Part shown: positions 55,134-64,000 of the stretch, one piece after another | How the letters are laid out: each line of letters starts with the position of its first letter | Numbering within the stretch: the stretch's first letter is position 1 | NCBI GenBank assembly: GCA_000004985.1 | Contig: GG738872.1 | Reading direction: 5' to 3' (one strand) | DNA from: Naegleria gruberi | Taxonomy: Eukaryota | DNA length: 64,000 bases | Translations under genes and position numbers: made by a program | The notes under the pieces: model-generated | The model's database searches: none | What the model saw: only the letters and a program-made list of their open reading frames with translations | What the model was told of the DNA's origin: nothing

Positions 55134-56825
55134 ATGATGAATGGAAAGGATGACGACCATGTGGAGGATCGGAATGGACTAGAAAACCACGAATTAATGA
55201 CCATGCAACATTATACATCGTCGAATTCTCTCGAGGAGGACGTTCAATTAGAAAAGAATGAAGAATTGCTGTTGAATAATGATGAGGAAGGCAATAATAA
55301 TGGAGGCAGTGATGATTCTCCTATACAAGAAAGAGACTATAATCAATTGACGAGATGGGAAAAATTTAAACATTTACTTGTGAATATGAGAGGACAATTT
55401 AAGAACATGGTGGAAATTGCTTTTCCAACAATTTTGATGAATATTTCTAATAAGATTTTGGGAGTGGAAGATATGGCATTTATTGGAAGATTGGGCAGTG
55501 AGGAATATATGGCATCTGCTGCCTTGGCTAATGCTATTTTCTTTTGTTTGAGTTTTATTTCAGTTGGTCTTATTAATGGACAAGATACATTTGTTGCACA
55601 AGCTTTTGGTGCTAAGAATAAGCCACTTGTTGGAGTTTGGATGCTGAGAAGTATTACCTTGTTGGTGACATTTTTGATACCTGTATTTATTGTGCTCTTC
55701 TTTTTGGAATTTTGCTTAACAACGATAGGTGTTGAGGAGAGTATTGCTCATTTATCTGGTCAATTTGTTAGATATTTATTACCTGGACTTTTACCATTTG
55801 CTTTGAATAGATCGGTGGCCAGATTTTTAGTTTCTGTTGATGTGAGACTGCCCAATACTATTATTCCAATTGCTGCTATTTTTGTAAACTTTGGATTGAA
55901 TTGGTTGTTTGTATTTGGAATTGGATTTAAAGGAATTGGATTTTTAGGAGCAGCCATTGCTACATCCCTTTCAAGACTTTTCAGTTTAATGTGTTATGTC
56001 TATGTGCTATATCACCATCGTGAAAAGTTTAAGGAATGTATTTATGGAGCTATGCAATGGAAGGAAGTATTTCAAATTTCTGGTTTTGTTGAATATTTGA
56101 AACAAGCAATTCCAGGTACAATCGCAACATGTTGTGAGGTGTGGGCCTTTGAAATGACAACTTTGATTGCTGCTTACATGTCACCTACTCATGTGGCTGC
56201 TCACTCAATTGTGTTAAATGTCACTTCATTATCATTCATGGTTCCTTTGGCCTTGTCTAGTGCTGCTGCTGTCATGGTAGGCCAAAGACTTGGTGCCAGA
56301 AATCCTCAAGAAGCCAAATACTCTGCCTACCTGTGCCTGACTAGCTCTGGATTGTTCATGATTATCAATGCTATTGTCATTGGAGCCTTCTCTACATTGA
56401 TTCCTAGAATTTACACAAATGAACAACCAGTCATTGATATGGCAGCTTCTATTTTCCCTCTGGTTTCTCTATTTGCTGTAACAGATGGTATTCAAGGTAC
56501 TGCTTCTGGTGTATTGCGTGGAGCATCTTGTCAAATGGTATCAATGGTTGCCAATATTATTGCCTATTACGTTATTAGCATTCCAATTGGAATGGTTTTG
56601 GCTTTTATTGCTGATTGGCAACTATTTGGTTTGTGGACTGGTTTGACAATTAGTTTAATTCTCGTTGCAGGTTCATTACTGCTCTATATCATATTCAGAA
56701 TTAATTGGGAAAAGGAATCTCAAGTTGCATACGAAAGGGCCAGTAAAATGGTAAAAAGCAACAGTACAGATTCATCACTCGATTCAATTAATAATGAGAA
56801 TAATGATGAATCAAATAATCAATAA
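55134..56825 (+). CDS. MATE (multidrug and toxic compound extrusion) family transporter (563 aa)
   Basis: Twelve predicted TM segments after an acidic N-terminal tail. EIAFPTILMNISNKILGVEDMAFIGRLGSEEYMASAALANAIFF is typical of the MATE N-terminal lobe. Confidence 0.8.
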   Translation: MMNGKDDDHVEDRNGLENHELMTMQHYTSSNSLEEDVQLEKNEELLLNNDEEGNNNGGSDDSPIQERDYNQLTRWEKFKHLLVNMRGQFKNMVEIAFPTILMNISNKILGVEDMAFIGRLGSEEYMASAALANAIFFCLSFISVGLINGQDTFVAQAFGAKNKPLVGVWMLRSITLLVTFLIPVFIVLFFLEFCLTTIGVEESIAHLSGQFVRYLLPGLLPFALNRSVARFLVSVDVRLPNTIIPIAAIFVNFGLNWLFVFGIGFKGIGFLGAAIATSLSRLFSLMCYVYVLYHHREKFKECIYGAMQWKEVFQISGFVEYLKQAIPGTIATCCEVWAFEMTTLIAAYMSPTHVAAHSIVLNVTSLSFMVPLALSSAAAVMVGQRLGARNPQEAKYSAYLCLTSSGLFMIINAIVIGAFSTLIPRIYTNEQPVIDMAASIFPLVSLFAVTDGIQGTASGVLRGASCQMVSMVANIIAYYVISIPIGMVLAFIADWQLFGLWTGLTISLILVAGSLLLYIIFRINWEKESQVAYERASKMVKSNSTDSSLDSINNENNDESNNQ

Positions 56826-57013
56826 ATATTTATTGAGGATTAATGAATATTGTGACAAATGCATTGTTTATAAAACAAGTGTACACTGACCATTCTTAAA
56901 TATGTTGAGTGGAACAATATCTGAACAGAAGATAACAAGGAAAAAGCCTTTAAATCATACTTTGGTGTGTCCTATTGACAGACTGTCAACTTTTAATGTT
57001 TAATAATGAGATG

Positions 57014-58247
57014 TTAGCAATAGTGTTCTTTTGCTATTTTGATAATGCTCTCGTAGTCTGGTCTATTGTTTGGATCTTTTTCTAGCATGGACAAAACAAG
57101 ATCAACACATGCAGTGCTATACTCTGAGAAATTTTTGTGAATTCTTTCCTTGATGAAGAGTTTTGCTTTGATTTCATCTTGTTCGATAACTTTCCATAGC
57201 ATGGTATTAAAATCAAAAGACATCATTTCAAACAATGTACATCCCAATGAGAAAACATCTCCCTTAAATGTACTCATTTCTGTTTCAATTAGTTCTGGAG
57301 AAGCATATTTCATTGTACATGAGCTATCATCAATTACCATTTGAATATTAGAAACTGAGGTAGCAAATCCAAAATCGGATAAAACACAATCCAATTCATC
57401 ATGGGTGTGCTTGGTTACTAGAAAATTCGAGCTTTTCACATCTCTGTGAACAATATTGTTGGAAAGTAAATAGCTGAGAGCAAGACTGGCCTTTGTTAGG
57501 AATTGGATAACCATTCTTTCAGAAAAAGGTTGATTTTTCATAAAGTTATTATATATAGTTCCACTCAAATCCCCAAGAGCAAAGTAAGGCATGACGAGAT
57601 AGATTTTGCTCTCTGTTATATCAATTTCAATTGCAAGTAATGGTACTATTAACTCATCATTCTTGATAATGTTTTGATGAGATATTTCCTTGATTTGACT
57701 TTCAAGCTCAATAACATTGTAAAATCTAACCATCTTGAGAGCTAATTGTCTTGGTGAATCAGCTTGATCAAAAGTATCTGTGCACAAATAGACCTTTCCA
57801 CAGCCACCACTTTTGATGAACTTTTCAATACGATATCTTCCTTTGATCAGATCAGTGCTCGTTGAATTGGGATTGATTGCTTGACGTTTAGGTTTGATTT
57901 GATGGTATCCTCAATTCTGTTAAATGAAAACTATTTGATTCGATATCTCTATAGAGTTGAATCAACTTATCAATAAATAAAATTTCTAAATTACATGCTG
58001 AAAAATCCAAAATTTCAATACTCGATTCTGGTATGAATGAAATAAGTGAAATACCTGTACTAGTGTCAATGTTACATCCGCTGAGTACCAATTTCTTGAC
58101 ATTGTTATCTCTGAATCCCATTTGTGTGATACCTTGATTTCCATTCAAATAAATTTCTTCTATATTATTCATATGATGAATGGCAGTACAAAATTCTTTT
58201 ACATCTCGACCTGTCAAGTTATTATACCCTAAATCAATAATTTTCAA
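57014..58247 (-). CDS. LRR-containing Ser/Thr protein kinase. LRR segment (58247-57888) and kinase segment (about 57893-57014) are in different frames, so there is a frameshift or an unrecognised short intron.
   Basis: Kinase frame is open from about 57893 with the Gly loop IKSGGCGKVYLC, then HRD (IVHRDVKSSNFLV), DFG (LSDFGFA) and APE-like (YASPELI) motifs. The upstream ORF encodes LRRs (LGYNNLTG…LNGNQGIT…LSGCNID…LDFSACNLE) and ends 3 nt into the kinase frame. Confidence 0.55.
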
Positions 58248-58280
58248 TGAATAAATCCATATTATAGAATTAAATATTGA

Positions 58281-58977
58281 TCATCTCTGTAAGAAATCAA
58301 AATGAAATATTGTTTCTCTTAAATTCAAAGAATCATTGCCCTCATCAATCATTTCAAATATAGACACAAGACGGATATCAGGTTTAATCTTTAAATTTAG
58401 ACAAACCTTCTTATAGATCGATGAGGGATCAACAATTTTGTAATCATTCTCTTTAAACCATGAATTCGAATATATTTGTTTGCAATCACCAATGAATCCA
58501 TTCATTGCACTTTCTCCACCATTAAAATAAAATTCCAACTGCTTACTTGCCCCAATATTGTCAATTATTATGAAATTATTCTTCCTATAAATCTTGAAAC
58601 TTGTTGAATTATCAATTGGGTTTGGGGTTGTCCAGCTGTATTCATCTTGATAATTACATTATCACCCTATTCATCTAAACTAATTGTAAACAATTTTTTT
58701 CGGAAATCAAACCATAGTTGACAAAGAACCCATAAAAAATTGACCACTTGCGCAACAATACGGTTTTTCCAACACCAATACAACCTAAGAGCACGATATT
58801 TATAAAATAGTCACAATCCTTGCTTTTTGTTAATTGTGTTTGTTGAGAAAGGGGATCAAAGTTTGATGGTGTTGAGTTTCTAGTAATTGAGATTGGGTGT
58901 GTTCTATCGGAAGAGCTGCTACGTCCCATTTTTATGATTCTTGCATCTTGTCCCGTTTGTGAACAGTTTGGTGGCAA
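58281..58977 (-). CDS. divergent P-loop GTPase-like gene (Ras-superfamily-like G1 and switch regions), at least 2 exons
   Basis: Exon 1 encodes NIVLLGCIGVGKTVLLRK (G1). The continuing frame encodes WTTPNPIDNSTSFKIYRKNNFIIIDNIGA, which aligns with the Ras switch I to DTAGQ region (DxxG present, Gln replaced by Ala). Canonical NKxD and SAK motifs are not found. It may instead be the N-terminal part of the downstream LRR-kinase gene. Confidence 0.35.
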
Positions 58978-59011
58978 ACTGAGAAAATTGGAGCTTAAAA
59001 GCTCACTCGTA

Positions 59012-59084
59012 GCCCGTCTAGCTCAGTCGGTAGAGCGCAAGGCTCTTAACCTTGTGGTCGTGGGTTCGACCCCCACGGTGGGCG
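59012..59084 (+). tRNA. tRNA-Lys (anticodon CTT)
   Basis: GCCCGTC-TA-GCTC-AGTCGGTA-GAGC-G-CAAGG-CTCTTAA-CCTTG-TGGTC-GTGGG-TTCGACC-CCCAC-GGTGGGC-G folds as a canonical cloverleaf. 73 nt. Confidence 0.85.
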
Positions 59085-59169
59085 ATTCATATTTTTGAAA
59101 AGTTCAACATATTTTCAACATTGTACTTCCCTCCAAAATCTGTTTCATCATTTCAACAATAAAAAAAGA

Positions 59170-59742
59170 ATGGCTTCAAATCTTCTTCGACTGGCCGATA
59201 GATGTGGATGCTATAATGAGGATGAATTCAATTCTCAACAACAAGACAATGAAATGGATTTAACTAACCTATTATCGGAATCTATGAATATTCAAGATAG
59301 AATTTTTCAACTCCATGAAAAGTACGAATTAATGATGGAATATAACAAGACGTACGATTTGCTCAATGATGAAAGATTGTCGGAGCGATTGATGTTATTG
59401 AATGAATTGTGTGATAATTTGGAAAGGTTCTCAGTTAACAAGTCAAAGATTTTGAACAAGATTCAAGCTCCAACTCTTGACACCTCACAAAAGCTTGTCA
59501 AAATTAATCGTGAATATCAACCACATTTTGCCAATTTGTTGAAGAGTATTGCCAGAACGATGGATATTGTACATCAATCGATCAATAATATTGAGTGGGC
59601 CTCTGTGAAAAAGAAGAACATTGAAAAGAGTAAATTAGAAGATGTGTTTAAATCAATTCCACAAATGCTTTCAAAATATCAAAGATTTGTCTCTACCATT
59701 GACTCCCAAACACTGGCTCTAAATAGTGCTGCAAATATTTGA
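59170..59742 (+). CDS. hypothetical coiled-coil protein (about 190 aa from MASNLLRL)
   Basis: ORF directly downstream of tRNA-Lys. Helical/heptad character. No family recognised. Confidence 0.4.
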   Translation: MASNLLRLADRCGCYNEDEFNSQQQDNEMDLTNLLSESMNIQDRIFQLHEKYELMMEYNKTYDLLNDERLSERLMLLNELCDNLERFSVNKSKILNKIQAPTLDTSQKLVKINREYQPHFANLLKSIARTMDIVHQSINNIEWASVKKKNIEKSKLEDVFKSIPQMLSKYQRFVSTIDSQTLALNSAANI

Positions 59743-59849
59743 GAGAATTATCCCTTTGAAGATGTTGTGATGATGATTATCCAAGTATGCACAAATGATG
59801 AAAGAATTCTTTCCTGTGCTCTATATTTTCTGTTAAATATCAACAAGAA

Positions 59850-60448
59850 TTATCTAATAGACTTCTTTTCCAATTCCTCAATTTCTTCGATAGTGAGACT
59901 CCCCTTTGGCATGTGATAATAGTGATGACCAAAGAAGTCTACACAATCAATATGATTTTCTTCAAGTTTTACGAACGGAGATGGTAAAACTATTAATTGT
60001 ATAAATAAAGAATATGTAAATAAATCCAATTAAATAAGATGAATATATATCCTCAAGAATGGATGAAAAACATACATCTAATTTGCTTTTGCAAATAGGT
60101 ATCATAAACTCTGTAAATAGTAAATAAGAGAGAAACAAAGAAAAGAGCAAAAGTGAGAATAGCACCCGAGACTACAATTTCCTTCTCCCTCCTGTTGGTG
60201 ATTAAAACTCCAGCCTTTCCTTTCAACAAACGTTCTTCCAATTCCTTCATACGTTTATCTTGTTTGGATTCAAAGGCTGTTTTTGGTTTGTTTTGTTCTG
60301 TTGGTACATCATTTCGGAGGAGGGATTGAGTTGAGAAATTTCTTCTATTCATTGTACCAATGAAGGATTTTAAGAGTTGAGAAGATGATCCTGTATTGCT
60401 GATAGGAAGAGCTTTGAGTCTATTCAGCAATGTCATGTTGTTGAGCAT
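59850..60448 (-). CDS. small single-pass membrane protein, 2 exons (60448-60076, 59989-59850; about 170 aa), possibly mitochondrial
   Basis: Presequence-like N-terminus (MLNNMTLLNRLKALP), one TM (ILTFALFFVSLLFTIY). GTATGT donor at 60075 (minus strand) and AG acceptor at 59991-59990 join in frame to an exon encoding …FGHHYYHMPKGSLTIEEIEELEKK. Confidence 0.45.
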
Positions 60449-60606
60449 TTTCTTCTTTGTGTTGCTTTGTTAAAAATGCCTGCCAAAATTTTCATTGTAA
60501 AAACTAATAGGCAACGAAAAAATTAAAAACTGTTTCCAAAAAAAATTCAAAATGTAAGTTGCTGCACGAACTATCGTTTATTCATCCAACAAATTTTAAA
60601 GACAGA

Positions 60607-61056
60607 ATGGTCAATAGACAAGCCACTTTGAAGGACGTTAACCCACAACAATGGGTCGTTGCTTACGCTGAACACTTGAAGAAGCAAGGTAAGATTGTTT
60701 TGCCAAAATGGGTCGATATTGCTAAGACTGCCGTCCACAAGGAATTGCCACCAATGAATCCAGATTGGTTCTACGTTCACTGCGCTGCTGTTGCCAGAAA
60801 CATTTACTTGAGACCTGGAACTGGTGTCCAAGGTTTGAGAAAGAGATACGGTATGGCCAAGAATGGTGGTTATGCTCCATATCATCACGAAAGAGCCTCT
60901 AGAACTGTCCAAAGAAAGTGTATGCAAGAATTGGAAAGAATCGGTGTTTTGGCTTCTGAAGAACAAGCTAAGAATCCACACTCTGGTAGAAGAGTCACCT
61001 CCCAAGGAAGACAAGACATGGACAGAATTGCTCAAAGCCTCAAGTTGAAGAAGTAA
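60607..61056 (+). CDS. RPS19: 40S ribosomal protein S19 (eS19; 149 aa)
   Basis: MVNRQATLKDVNPQQWVVAYAEHLKKQGKIVLPKWVDIAKTAVHKELPP…WFYVHCAAVARNIYLRPGTGVQGLRKRYG…RRVTSQGRQDMDRIAQ matches eS19 throughout. An upstream ATG-GTAAGT at 60552 does not splice in frame, so it is a likely 5'UTR intron or decoy. Confidence 0.9.
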   Translation: MVNRQATLKDVNPQQWVVAYAEHLKKQGKIVLPKWVDIAKTAVHKELPPMNPDWFYVHCAAVARNIYLRPGTGVQGLRKRYGMAKNGGYAPYHHERASRTVQRKCMQELERIGVLASEEQAKNPHSGRRVTSQGRQDMDRIAQSLKLKK

Positions 61057-61216
61057 ATTACCATCATAAAACCAAAAAAATTAATTTCAAGATTTGGTTA
61101 TTTTTTTATTGACTTTGTTAAATTTCTGACCTGTCATCAAATTATATCTCTGGCAAGCAGTTCAGTTTCTGTTAAATAATTATTTGGATAATGATTCAAT
61201 ACTTTAAACTGGTTTA

Positions 61217-62695
61217 TTAATTTACTACAAGATTATCTGAATCAAACTTGCTTAGGGCGGAAATAAGGTTGACACATCTCTCACCACAACCATCCATTTG
61301 TTCACTTCCATTTCCGAAACGTATTGGTCTCTTTTTTCTCACAACTACCACATGAATTTCTCGAGCTTGTAAAGATGACGAAACTGTAAAGTCCAAATCA
61401 ATTCTTCTCCACTTGATATCCTGAAGATTTTTCAAAATGGTTTCCTCAAATTCCACTTCACAATTATTGTCTCTATAGAGTTTTTTGCACTTGTCGTTCA
61501 AGTCTCCCACAAATGGTTCATGTTCGGTACCTTTCCAGCTAGCTTTCAAAAGATGGTCAATTCTCTCTGTTGATACAGTCTCCTTCCCGTAAGGTGTAAA
61601 GAATTCATTCAACAAGTTAACATATGCATTTGAGGTGAGAAATTCACTGCTAGCTCCTCCAATTTTAACTGATGGTTCTGCATGTTCATTGAGTGGATAC
61701 GGATTAAATGAACGAATTGATGAAGATGGAAAAGGAACAGTTGAATCCAAATTACATGATGATATTAAGGTTCTTTGTGGAAACTTTTTCAAAACTTTTA
61801 CAAAATCTGATTCTGGCAAACTCATTCTGTACAATAATGATTCTTCAATGGAATTGCCATCATCCAATTTCAACTCTTTTCCTGTCAATCCAAGAAGTGA
61901 AATAAATGTATGCGCTGCAAATCTGTAAATTGATTTGAAATAGGTACCACCAGGTCTTCTCGATCCTAAATGTGGAGTTGATATTGTTGTAAAATTCTAA
62001 TACAGATTAAAATAATTATTGATATTAAAAATCCCACTTACACATGGAACCAAATGTGGAAATACATTATCTACAAAATATTTTCGATGTTCTTGGAATT
62101 CTTCATCTTTGGAAATTTCAATATCACCACTTGGTAAGTCATATACTAGTTTAACGAAATATCTGGCAATTAATCCTCCTAATGAATGCCCAATGACACT
62201 TAATTTCAATTTCTTACCATTCGAAAGTGAAACCTTTCTTTCATAAATAATTTTCAACACTTCTTTCAATACATTGGTTCCCAATGATTCAATACCATCA
62301 TGTGTTTTACCTTCATTACAAGCACAATCAATAATCTGAAATAATTTCAATTATCAAGTTAGTGACAAGTTACTTACAATGGCATGTTCTGGTGTTTCAT
62401 CGGAATTATACAACTCTTTTAATTTTTCTGCAATAAACTGAAAATCCTTCTGATTACCATGCAGTCCATGAATTAAAACATATAGATCATTATGTTTTGA
62501 TTGAGTATTTTTCTCACTTGTTTCCGTTGCTTTATATTCAATCGAAGGAGTCATCTCTTCCACCATTGTTGAATTGTTTTTTTCTATTGTATCAATTTGT
62601 TCCTCCACCATTGTCTCTTTTAAATTATCCATTGCAGATGATGATTGTGATGATTCTACTTGATCATCTGTTACAGAAGAAGGTTGTTGGGACAT
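61217..62695 (-). CDS. DUF676-type putative serine esterase/lipase; 3 exons (62695-62378, 62335-62042, 61996-61217; 463 aa)
   Basis: LYVLIHGLHGNQKDF (DUF676 N-terminal motif), nucleophile elbow GHSLGG and FTTISTPHLGS. Two GTAAGT-donor introns (62377-62336 and 62041-61997) restore a continuous frame, and each exon length is a multiple of 3. Confidence 0.75.
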
Positions 62696-62853
62696 TTTTT
62701 ATGTATTTTGTGCTTCCGATTATTATTCTTAAAATAACTCCACCTCAACTTTTCGAGTATGATACGAATACTGCGAGGACATTTAAAGAATTGGACTATG
62801 AAGAAAGAAATAATAGTAAGGAAAAGAGTTTTAAAGGAGATTGTTTTATAATT

Positions 62854-64000
62854 TTACATGTAGAATTGTTGAGCACTGAGAGAATCGATACCACCACTTG
62901 GAACTCTAATGTGAGTGGTTGGGGAGTTACCTGATCGGCAGTACATCTTGCTGAGATACTTATTTCTGACATAGGTTTGTAAGGCTGGTTGATTGATATT
63001 ACTGTTTGGTTTAGTGTTTGGAGGAAGGCTCAATTCGAAATGTTCATTGGCAGTCTTGTTGCCAATAGCGTACAGGAATGTGAGTTGTTCTTTAGAAAGT
63101 TTAGCACCACCAACTGTCAAGCTTTCGAGTCTACCAGTCTTTAAGGTAAAGTGAGCCAATCTACATTGAGTACACAAAACTGTACCATAACCTAAGTGAG
63201 CCCATTGGACTTGGGTTGAGGAACAATCAGCACAACAATTGTTACCATCTTTTTTGAGAACATCTTCATTATTTGAAATTGGAGTGGATGGAATGCTCAA
63301 ACTTCTGTAGGTAAAAGCTTCATCAGGTTCAACATATTCGAAATTAGGATTAATCAAAACAGGAGCAGTTGGAGAAGATGGTGGTTGAACATAAGACTTT
63401 TGGAGTCCAAAGAATGATGGTGGAGTGGATTGAAGAGTAGGGATTGACCTCACATTACCAGCTTGGAGCTTGAATTGACCAACTTGAGAAACAAATCTGG
63501 ACAAGTTTGTGTAAACTTGATTGTACTTCAAGCTAATCTTCTTAATGTCATCAGAGAATTTGTTGGCTTCACTACACTTTTGAAGGCTGTGGGTTGCTGA
63601 CAAATACAAATCATAGGCATCACAAGTTACAGGAATGATGGAGCCCATCTTTGCAGATGGAGTCTTTTCAATCAAGATTGACTTTTGCAATTGCATTAAA
63701 CCGTCCAAAAGATCAATCAATTCAGAAACATCTTGCGATTCAATATTTGCTTTAAGAGCAAAGTTACTGCTAACGCTATTCTTGAGATTTTGCAAAATGT
63801 CACATCTCTTTTCCAACCAGGTACCATATTCAACAACGAATTTGGCAATCAATTGATTCTTTGGTTTCCATACTTCTTTCAGATCTTGAACAAGGCTCTT
63901 AATTTCGATAGGATCAACCTTATCTGGTAATGATTGAGCAATATGATGAAGTAAGATCATGGCCTTAACAGCAATATTTGGATCAACAAAGATTGGTCTT
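62854..64000 (-). CDS. ArfGAP-domain protein, 5' end beyond window (partial)
   Basis: ArfGAP zinc finger CADCSSTQVQWAHLGYGTVLCTQCRLAHF…FLYAIGNKTANEHFE (C-x2-C-x16-C-x2-C then GNxxxN). Frame remains open to the window edge upstream of the first listed Met. Confidence 0.6.
   Translation of the reverse strand, partial: RPIFVDPNIAVKAMILLHHIAQSLPDKVDPIEIKSLVQDLKEVWKPKNQLIAKFVVEYGTWLEKRCDILQNLKNSVSSNFALKANIESQDVSELIDLLDGLMQLQKSILIEKTPSAKMGSIIPVTCDAYDLYLSATHSLQKCSEANKFSDDIKKISLKYNQVYTNLSRFVSQVGQFKLQAGNVRSIPTLQSTPPSFFGLQKSYVQPPSSPTAPVLINPNFEYVEPDEAFTYRSLSIPSTPISNNEDVLKKDGNNCCADCSSTQVQWAHLGYGTVLCTQCRLAHFTLKTGRLESLTVGGAKLSKEQLTFLYAIGNKTANEHFELSLPPNTKPNSNINQPALQTYVRNKYLSKMYCRSGNSPTTHIRVPSGGIDSLSAQQFYM

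Noticed and set aside
58281-58977. Calling a full Roco (Roc-COR) protein
   Set aside because: Only G1 and a switch-like DxxG region are recognisable. No NKxD/COR sequence, and the GTPase-LRR order is atypical, so it is reported as GTPase-like with the Roco idea kept only as a hypothesis.
60552-60606. RPS19 beginning with a one-codon first exon (ATG|GTAAGT…)
   Set aside because: Neither candidate acceptor (60599-60600 or 60603-60604) yields an in-frame continuation. The in-frame ATG at 60607 gives a complete eS19.
1-64000. Prokaryotic-type systems (CRISPR arrays, operons, defence islands, integrons)
   Set aside because: Sequence is clearly eukaryotic (spliceosomal introns, 5S/tRNA Pol III genes with T-run terminators, ribosomal protein and ubiquitin genes, gene-by-gene promoters). 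No direct-repeat/spacer arrays or polycistronic arrangements were seen.

Overview
This window is eukaryotic nuclear DNA, roughly 68-70% AT, with about 45 protein-coding genes in 64 kb.

Genes sit on both strands and are intron-poor. I could reconstruct 13 short (about 40-60 nt) GT-AG introns by eye, with GTAAGT/GTATGT-type donors.

Codon usage favouring A/T third positions, Asn/Thr/Ser-homopolymer-rich proteins, many F-box/LRR/ankyrin genes, RacGEF-type multidomain proteins and a 5S rRNA resembling dictyostelid 5S suggest an amoebozoan (dictyostelid-like) or similar protist scaffold. The organism assignment is uncertain.

There are two runs of N (19016-19065 and 38497-38624) that mark assembly gaps.

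Recognisable genes by homology:
- FAN1-like nuclease (VRR-NUC), retriever subunit VPS35L, cyclophilin-type PPIase, PAQR/hemolysin-III family receptor-like protein, tRNA pseudouridine synthase PUS1 (TruA), histone chaperone ASF1.
- An OFD1/TOF-LisH coiled-coil protein, ribosomal proteins P2 (RPLP2) and S19 (RPS19), and a TTC1-like TPR protein.
- An IQ-DH-PH-PH-RCC1-FYVE RhoGEF, a fatty-acid-hydroxylase-superfamily His-box protein, a divergent di-ubiquitin, an EF1A-like GTPase, and a Taka-type alpha-amylase.
- PTEN, an FGGY sugar kinase, a MATE transporter, an LRR plus Ser/Thr kinase gene, a DUF676 serine esterase and an ArfGAP protein.

RNA genes:
- tRNA-Gln(TTG) and tRNA-Lys(CTT).
- A tRNA-Phe-like gene missing its T-arm.
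- Two intact 5S rRNA genes plus two degenerate 5S fragments.

I found no prokaryote-style system (no CRISPR, operons or defence islands). The most unusual observations are:
- A diverged ~170-bp inverted-repeat pair next to tRNA-Gln that brackets a 6.7-kb block of F-box genes.
- Dispersed 5S genes with a shared upstream element flanking a diverged di-ubiquitin gene.
- An EF1A paralogue whose catalytic His is replaced by Met.
- A signal-peptide-bearing, extremely polybasic repeat protein.
- A head-to-head pair of small paralogous ORFs.
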